41,714 nt of DNA. Source: a virus. Its lineage: Duplodnaviria; Caudoviricetes. The stretch lies in IMG/VR virus record IMGVR_UViG_3300034008_000014, positions 1-41,714 of that record. One strand, given 5' to 3'. Both the position numbers and the translations under genes were made by a program. Positions 37,204 to 41,714 of this stretch are shown piece by piece. Each line of letters begins with the position of its first letter. Position 1 is the first letter of the stretch. The notes below the pieces were generated by a model. The model made no database searches. It saw nothing but the letters and a program-made list of their open reading frames with translations, and was not told the DNA's origin.

Positions 37204-37713
37204 TCAGAACGGGGGCGGCTCTTCACCCCCGCCGAAGGCGTCCGGCTCGGGTCCGGCCTCGACCTTCACCGCGTAGAGCTTCTGGGGGAAGCGCTTCTTG
37301 GCGCGCTCCGGGTCGGGGTCGACCTGCTCGCCCGAGAACTTGACGCTCACCTTGTCGCCGACCCTGATGGGGCGGCCGAGCTTCTTGGTGGCCTCGCCGA
37401 ACGAGTTGAACAACGCGGAGGGCTTCTGAGCCCACAGCGAGCGCTCCTCGCCTGCGGCCGGTCCCTCCGTCATCGCCAGCGCCACCACGACGGTCTTCAC
37501 CGGCTGGTCGTTGGGGGTGGTGGTCTTCCGGCCCTTGTTGTTGGGGTCCCAGAAGACAGGATCGCCACTCTCGTAGTCGCGGGCCTGGACCAGCTTCGGG
37601 ACCTCGAGCACGGTTCCGGCCTGCACGTCGCCGACCTTCGCCGTCTTCCAGCTCACGGACTCACGCTTCGCCTGCTGCGCGAACGGGTCCTGCTCGGGGG
37701 TGGTGTTGCTCAT
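37204..37713 (-). CDS. ssb: single-stranded DNA-binding protein (actinophage type)
   Basis: QARDYESGDPVFWD, VGDKVSVKFSGE, KLYAV and acidic tail EEPPPF; highly biased codons. Confidence 0.75.
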   Translation of the reverse strand: MSNTTPEQDPFAQQAKRESVSWKTAKVGDVQAGTVLEVPKLVQARDYESGDPVFWDPNNKGRKTTTPNDQPVKTVVVALAMTEGPAAGEERSLWAQKPSALFNSFGEATKKLGRPIRVGDKVSVKFSGEQVDPDPERAKKRFPQKLYAVKVEAGPEPDAFGGGEEPPPF

Positions 37714-37831
37714 GCTTGGCGCCCTTTCTGAGGCTTAGACTTGGTGGGCTCTCGCCCTATGGTGGGGAGTAAGCCAGCCAGGAGAGTTAGGATTCTGGTG
37801 AGTCCGTCCGTCCCTGGCTGCCTTACAAGAA

Positions 37832-38986
37832 CTACTCTACACCCGTTGTGCCTGGTGTCAAGCCCTTTTCTGAATGAGTTTTGAGGGAGCTTGACGGCTG
37901 CTCGCGCGGCTCGCCGCCGAGACGGCGAAGCCAGTGCTTCGAGTCGCGCCGATGAGCTCGCACGGCAGCGCTGAGCGCTACGGCGGCGTAGCCTTCGACT
38001 AGATCGACCGTGTACGCCTCGGCCTCGCCCGTGCCCTGGGCCACGTGCAGAATGATGCCGACGTGTTTACACGCACCGAGCTCAGTGCGCTCTCCTGTCT
38101 CGGGGTCGTAGCGCTTCGAGTTCGCGTACATAGCGAGCTGCTGACCCATCTTCCCGGCGCCGTAGTCGACCCGGCCGGACTTGACATCGCCGACCACGGG
38201 GCGCTGACAGCGCTCGGGGCACGGATGCATGTCGATGTTTTCGGCGCCGAAGGTTGCGAAACTCAACAGTCGGTCGAAGGTGCCCGCGGCCTGCCAATCG
38301 TCGTTGACCACGAACGTCTCAGGGCTCGTAGCAATGGCGTGCAGGTCTTCGAGCAGTCTCACGTATGCGGCCAGGTCGGCGCGATCCTGAAGCGTCACGG
38401 GGCGCGGTGGGCCGACCTCCTGAGGCAGCAGGTCAGGCAGTGGCTCGTGCGCGTCGACGTACTCGGTCAGCTTGTGCAGGTCCGTGCCGCGCTGAGCCTT
38501 GGCGTGGCCGTCGCCGACCTCGAACGCACGGCGGGCGATACGACTGAGCACGGTGCGCGCCGACTCGGCGAAAGGATCGTCGCCTGCGGCGAAGGCTGCG
38601 TCGAGCTTGGCCGCGTCGACCTGGCTAAGCTCATCCCAGAGTGTGTCCGTAAATTCGTGTGTGCTCTTGCGCCAGTCGAGAGCCAGACCAGTAAGCACGA
38701 CGCGCTCACGCCAGGCTTCGAGCTGTTCCCGGCTCTCTAGCGCACCGATAAACGTCGTGCACCGGGTATACAGTTTCTCGAGGTAGCCCTGCCCCTTGCA
38801 CTTCGGGCACTGCTTCGTCTTGCCAGGCCGGGCGCCAGGCACGCGACCTTCGACGCACCCGAGACCCATAAGGGCGCCGATCATCGAAGCGTCAGGGCAC
38901 GGGAGCTTGATGTACGGGCGCCCGTCTTTGGCGCGTCGCACCTTGGTCGGATCGGGAAACTCTGTGCCGAACGGATCGTTACTCAT
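37832..38986 (-). CDS. PD-(D/E)XK exonuclease (RecE/Cas4-like)
   Basis: RGTDLH, AGTFDR, GDVKSG, QLAMYA motifs; N-terminal Zn-binding Cys. Confidence 0.85.
   Translation of the reverse strand: MSNDPFGTEFPDPTKVRRAKDGRPYIKLPCPDASMIGALMGLGCVEGRVPGARPGKTKQCPKCKGQGYLEKLYTRCTTFIGALESREQLEAWRERVVLTGLALDWRKSTHEFTDTLWDELSQVDAAKLDAAFAAGDDPFAESARTVLSRIARRAFEVGDGHAKAQRGTDLHKLTEYVDAHEPLPDLLPQEVGPPRPVTLQDRADLAAYVRLLEDLHAIATSPETFVVNDDWQAAGTFDRLLSFATFGAENIDMHPCPERCQRPVVGDVKSGRVDYGAGKMGQQLAMYANSKRYDPETGERTELGACKHVGIILHVAQGTGEAEAYTVDLVEGYAAVALSAAVRAHRRDSKHWLRRLGGEPREQPSSSLKTHSEKGLTPGTTGVE
37834..37861 (-). promoter_or_regulatory. promoter for the ssb / ncRNA unit
   Basis: TTGACA-N16-TAGAGT. Confidence 0.7.
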
Positions 38987-39068
38987 CGTCCGGCCCGTCG
39001 ATGACGCCGACCGACTCGAGCCAGTCAATCCACGCGCCGACCAGCCAGGCGACGGCGCGGCTAAACAC
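38979..39068 (-). CDS. very small hypothetical protein (29 aa)
   Basis: GTG start overlapping the mazG end; fills the gap before the exonuclease. Confidence 0.4.
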   Translation of the reverse strand: MFSRAVAWLVGAWIDWLESVGVIDGPDDE

Positions 39069-39462
39069 GCTTGCCGCCGTGGCGATATGAGCGGGTCCGA
39101 TTGTAGAACATCTTCCGCTCGTACTCTTCGAGCAGGTCGATGCCGTAGCGACCACAGGTGTCGAGCAGCCGGATAAGCACGTCTGCCGCTTCACTGCCTA
39201 CGCCTTCAGGTTTCGGGATGCGGGCGCCTTCGGTGATCTGCTGATAGGTCACGCGCTCGGTAGCGTCGTCGGTGCCGTGGTCGCGGAAGGCTTCGAACAT
39301 CTCTGAAACCTCAGAGTGCAGTAGCGCCACGTCATCGCCGAAAGTGCGCTCTGTGTCGTGCCAGCCGTTGGCCCGATTCAGCCTGGCGACTTCTTCGGTC
39401 AGCTCGGCGAGCGACTTGCCTGGCTCATTCAGCTCAGCGAGCTCGCGGATATTCTCGGTCAT
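39061..39462 (-). CDS. mazG: MazG-like nucleotide pyrophosphohydrolase
   Basis: LLHSEVSEMFEA, SEAADVLIRLLD, KMFYNRTRSYRHGGK. Confidence 0.88.
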   Translation of the reverse strand: MTENIRELAELNEPGKSLAELTEEVARLNRANGWHDTERTFGDDVALLHSEVSEMFEAFRDHGTDDATERVTYQQITEGARIPKPEGVGSEAADVLIRLLDTCGRYGIDLLEEYERKMFYNRTRSYRHGGKRV

Positions 39463-39641
39463 GTCTCCTCTTTCGGTAGTTCATGGACGCCTTGAGTGTG
39501 GCCACAGGTGCAATAGCCGTAGAGCCTGCCGTGCAGATTTAGGCTCTTCGGCGCCTCTTCCTCGTACGCCTGGCACTCTTTTCGGCAGAAAGGATAGGCG
39601 CGACAGCGGCCGACGTGCGGGTCAGACGGCGGCTTAGTCAC
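39459..39641 (-). CDS. small Cys/His protein
   Basis: 4-nt overlaps; C..PFC..EC, CTCGH. Confidence 0.55.
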   Translation of the reverse strand: MTKPPSDPHVGRCRAYPFCRKECQAYEEEAPKSLNLHGRLYGYCTCGHTQGVHELPKEET

Positions 39642-39793
39642 GGCTTTGGCGTTTCCATGCCGTGAGCACGCGCGATGAACACGGCCAAGTCGACAATAGT
39701 GAGTGAGCAGTGCGTGCAGCGACTCACCGGCTTACCGCTGAACACACCGACAGTCTTGAAATTGTGCGCCAGAAGCGCAGTGTGGCAGGTCAC
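39638..39793 (-). CDS. hypothetical protein (51 aa; not in ORF track)
   Basis: GTGA overlaps at both ends; MTCHTALLAHNFK...CTHC. Confidence 0.55.
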   Translation of the reverse strand: MTCHTALLAHNFKTVGVFSGKPVSRCTHCSLTIVDLAVFIARAHGMETPKP

Positions 39794-40317
39794 TTCGGCT
39801 CCTCGTGCACGTGCGGGATCGTCCGTGACTTGGCCTTGCCGCTGTGCAGGTCGGCGTGCACCTTCGCCAGCTCGGCGCGGGGCTTGATGTCGTAGCAGAC
39901 CACGCCGTGAGCAGTGAAGACGTGCGTGCGCTGCTCGAGGTCGGACATGTCCTGCCAGGCAGCCACCTTCAGCGGTTCGGCCTCGGTCGCGGCGTCGGCC
40001 GCCTCCTGGGCAGTCGTCGTGACCTCTGTGACCTTCTCCGCGTTGGGGAAGACCTCGAGCACGGCGGCCTCGGCCGGGGTCGGCGCGGGCTGAGACTTCT
40101 CTCGCACGACCGTTACCAGCTCGTCGGCGCCCTTCGTCACGCTGTATCTCTTGCCCTCGTGCGGCGTGAACTTCCCGCCCTCGATGGTAAACACGACACC
40201 GACGCCCCCGGCCAGGTCCACGCTAACCACGTGCCAGCTCTCGCCCTTGAGGTCGATGGTCAGGTCGCCGGGCGCCAGCTCGGCCGCCTTCACCTGTTGA
40301 CGCGTCTTGAACCCCAT
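39790..40317 (-). CDS. hypothetical protein with N-terminal SH3-like barrel and His-rich C-terminus
   Basis: VKAAELAPGD...WHVVSV; HVFTAHG, HADLH, PHVH; SD GGAAGG. Confidence 0.75.
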   Translation of the reverse strand: MGFKTRQQVKAAELAPGDLTIDLKGESWHVVSVDLAGGVGVVFTIEGGKFTPHEGKRYSVTKGADELVTVVREKSQPAPTPAEAAVLEVFPNAEKVTEVTTTAQEAADAATEAEPLKVAAWQDMSDLEQRTHVFTAHGVVCYDIKPRAELAKVHADLHSGKAKSRTIPHVHEEPK

Positions 40318-40353
40318 AGCCTGCCTTCCGTTCTGTCTGTAGCCTGGTCTTCC

Positions 40354-40382
40354 ACTCTAGGGTAAGATGAGTGAGAACGCAA
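40354..40382 (-). promoter_or_regulatory. promoter starting the leftward arm
   Basis: TTGCGT-N17-TAGAGT. Confidence 0.75.
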
Positions 40383-40411
40383 GCAGAAATACCTGAGAGA
40401 GTGAGTGAGAT

Positions 40412-40681
40412 ATGAGTGGACAGCGCGAGTCATCCTCTGACCCCACGGTGGGCGAGGTTGTCATCGACGGGACCGGCGAGACCTTCGAGACGCTGCCCGT
40501 GGCGCCGAGCCCCCGGCCGTCGCTGGCACGGACTGAGCAGGTCATGACGACGCTTCACGAGCGAGAGCGCGACGAGCTGGACGGCCTGGCCATACAGTTT
40601 CTCGAGAGCCGGGCAAGCCTGATTCGCGGCTACATACTGGACGGGATGAAGCGCGACAAAAGGCGCCTCCGATCTGTCTAA
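40412..40681 (+). CDS. hypothetical protein
   Basis: First gene of the divergent rightward unit. Confidence 0.6.
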   Translation: MSGQRESSSDPTVGEVVIDGTGETFETLPVAPSPRPSLARTEQVMTTLHERERDELDGLAIQFLESRASLIRGYILDGMKRDKRRLRSV

Positions 40682-40741
40682 CAGTGAGGTAGTGGTGTAG
40701 TATGGGGAATCCCTAGCGCCTAGATGAGGAGACTCCCCCCT

Positions 40742-41714
40742 ATGACCATCGACCCTACCGAGCAGGATCAGATCGACTTCGAGAAGGCGGCCGTCAAGTA
40801 TGCTGCCCGCGGGTGGCGAGTGCTGCCCGTGCACCCGGGCGAGAAACGGCCCGTGCTGAACGACTGGCAGCGCCGGGCCACGACCGAGCTAGCTCAGGTC
40901 TTCGACTGGTGGATCGACAACCCGCGCTACAACGTCGGCATCGCCACGGGCGTCGAGTCAGGCGTCTTCGTGCTGGACGTCGACCCGAAGAACGGCGGTG
41001 ACGAGTCGCTGACCGAGCTCGAGCACCTGAACAAACCTCTTCAGCGTACATACACCGTGCGCACGCAGTCGGGCGGCTGGCACTACTACTTCCGCATGCC
41101 GCAAGACTTTGTCCTGACAAACTCTCCGGGCAGGCTGCGGGGGACCGGGATCGACGTACGCGGCGAAGGTGGGCAGGTCGTGGCGCCGCCGTCCGTGACG
41201 CCGACAGGCGTTTACACGCTCGAAGTTGATGCACCCCTGGCCCACGCTCCCGACTGGCTGCTCGACCTGCTGCGGCCCATCGTGGCGCTCGTGCCAGCGG
41301 CGGCGCCCGGCCCGGCCGTGGTGCCCGACGACGAGCTCGAGCAGGTACGCGGCTACGTAGACCGAGCCGTCGCCCTCGCTGTGCAGACCGTGGCCGAGAC
41401 CGCTTCAGGCGGGCGCAATCAGGTGCTCAACGATCAGGTGCTCAGCCTGGCCGGGATCGCTGCCCACGACGCGAGGCTGGTCAGCCCGGACAGACTTTAT
41501 CGAGACATGCTGGCAGCCTGCTCGGCCAACGGTCTGATAAACGACGACGGGCTCGAAGCCTTCCGGAAGACCTTCGACTCGGCATGGAATGCTGGACTAG
41601 CGAAGCCGCGACGCAACTGGCCGCCCATGATCGACAACGTGCGCCTGCTGAAGCCTCACACCGCGCCCGGTGCGGCGCGGCCCGTGGTGAACGTGACCGA
41701 GCGCAAGCTCAACG
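40742..41714 (+). CDS. bifunctional DNA primase-polymerase (Prim-Pol) N-terminal part, 3' truncated (not in ORF track)
   Basis: Open to window end: GWRVLPVHPGEKRP, YNVGIATG, VLDVDPKNGG, VRTQSGGWHYYF, GIDVRGEGGQVVAPPS, PriCT-like GGRNQVLN; SD GAGGAG. Confidence 0.92.
   Translation, partial: MTIDPTEQDQIDFEKAAVKYAARGWRVLPVHPGEKRPVLNDWQRRATTELAQVFDWWIDNPRYNVGIATGVESGVFVLDVDPKNGGDESLTELEHLNKPLQRTYTVRTQSGGWHYYFRMPQDFVLTNSPGRLRGTGIDVRGEGGQVVAPPSVTPTGVYTLEVDAPLAHAPDWLLDLLRPIVALVPAAAPGPAVVPDDELEQVRGYVDRAVALAVQTVAETASGGRNQVLNDQVLSLAGIAAHDARLVSPDRLYRDMLAACSANGLINDDGLEAFRKTFDSAWNAGLAKPRRNWPPMIDNVRLLKPHTAPGAARPVVNVTERKLN

Noticed and set aside
37832-38986. CRISPR-associated Cas4
   Set aside because: No cas operon or array; context next to ssb indicates a phage recombination exonuclease
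35843-39462. 2-aminoadenine (Z) or 7-deazaguanine genome system
   Set aside because: No PurZ, Que/Dpd genes or dedicated polymerase in the window

Overview
Near-complete genome of a high-GC actinobacteriophage with siphovirus-type gene order; no integrase or repressor was recognised, so it is probably lytic. The + strand carries a Prim-Pol primase-helicase split across the two window ends, terminase, portal, scaffold, HK97-fold capsid, a fibre/depolymerase block between capsid and neck genes, the tail module (with a -1 frameshift in the tail chaperone) and the lysis cassette. The - strand arm (31.1-40.3 kb) holds small early genes, nucleotide-metabolism genes, SSB and nucleases, driven by a repeated TTGCRY-N17-TAGAGT promoter. 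Most notable signals: (1) a 124-nt tRNA mimic with full alanine identity (G3-U70, A73) and intact D/T arms whose anticodon arm is replaced by a ~70-nt rod, ending a ~380-nt structured non-coding tract; (2) a 10-bp quasi-palindrome CGTKTAMACG dispersed genome-wide inside genes in several frames; (3) a stand-alone Lsr2 DNA-binding domain; (4) two secreted proteins sharing a Cys-containing domain, one fused to a GH26-like hydrolase; (5) an early-promoter gene antisense within the tail operon. All calls come from manual reading; no database searches were run.
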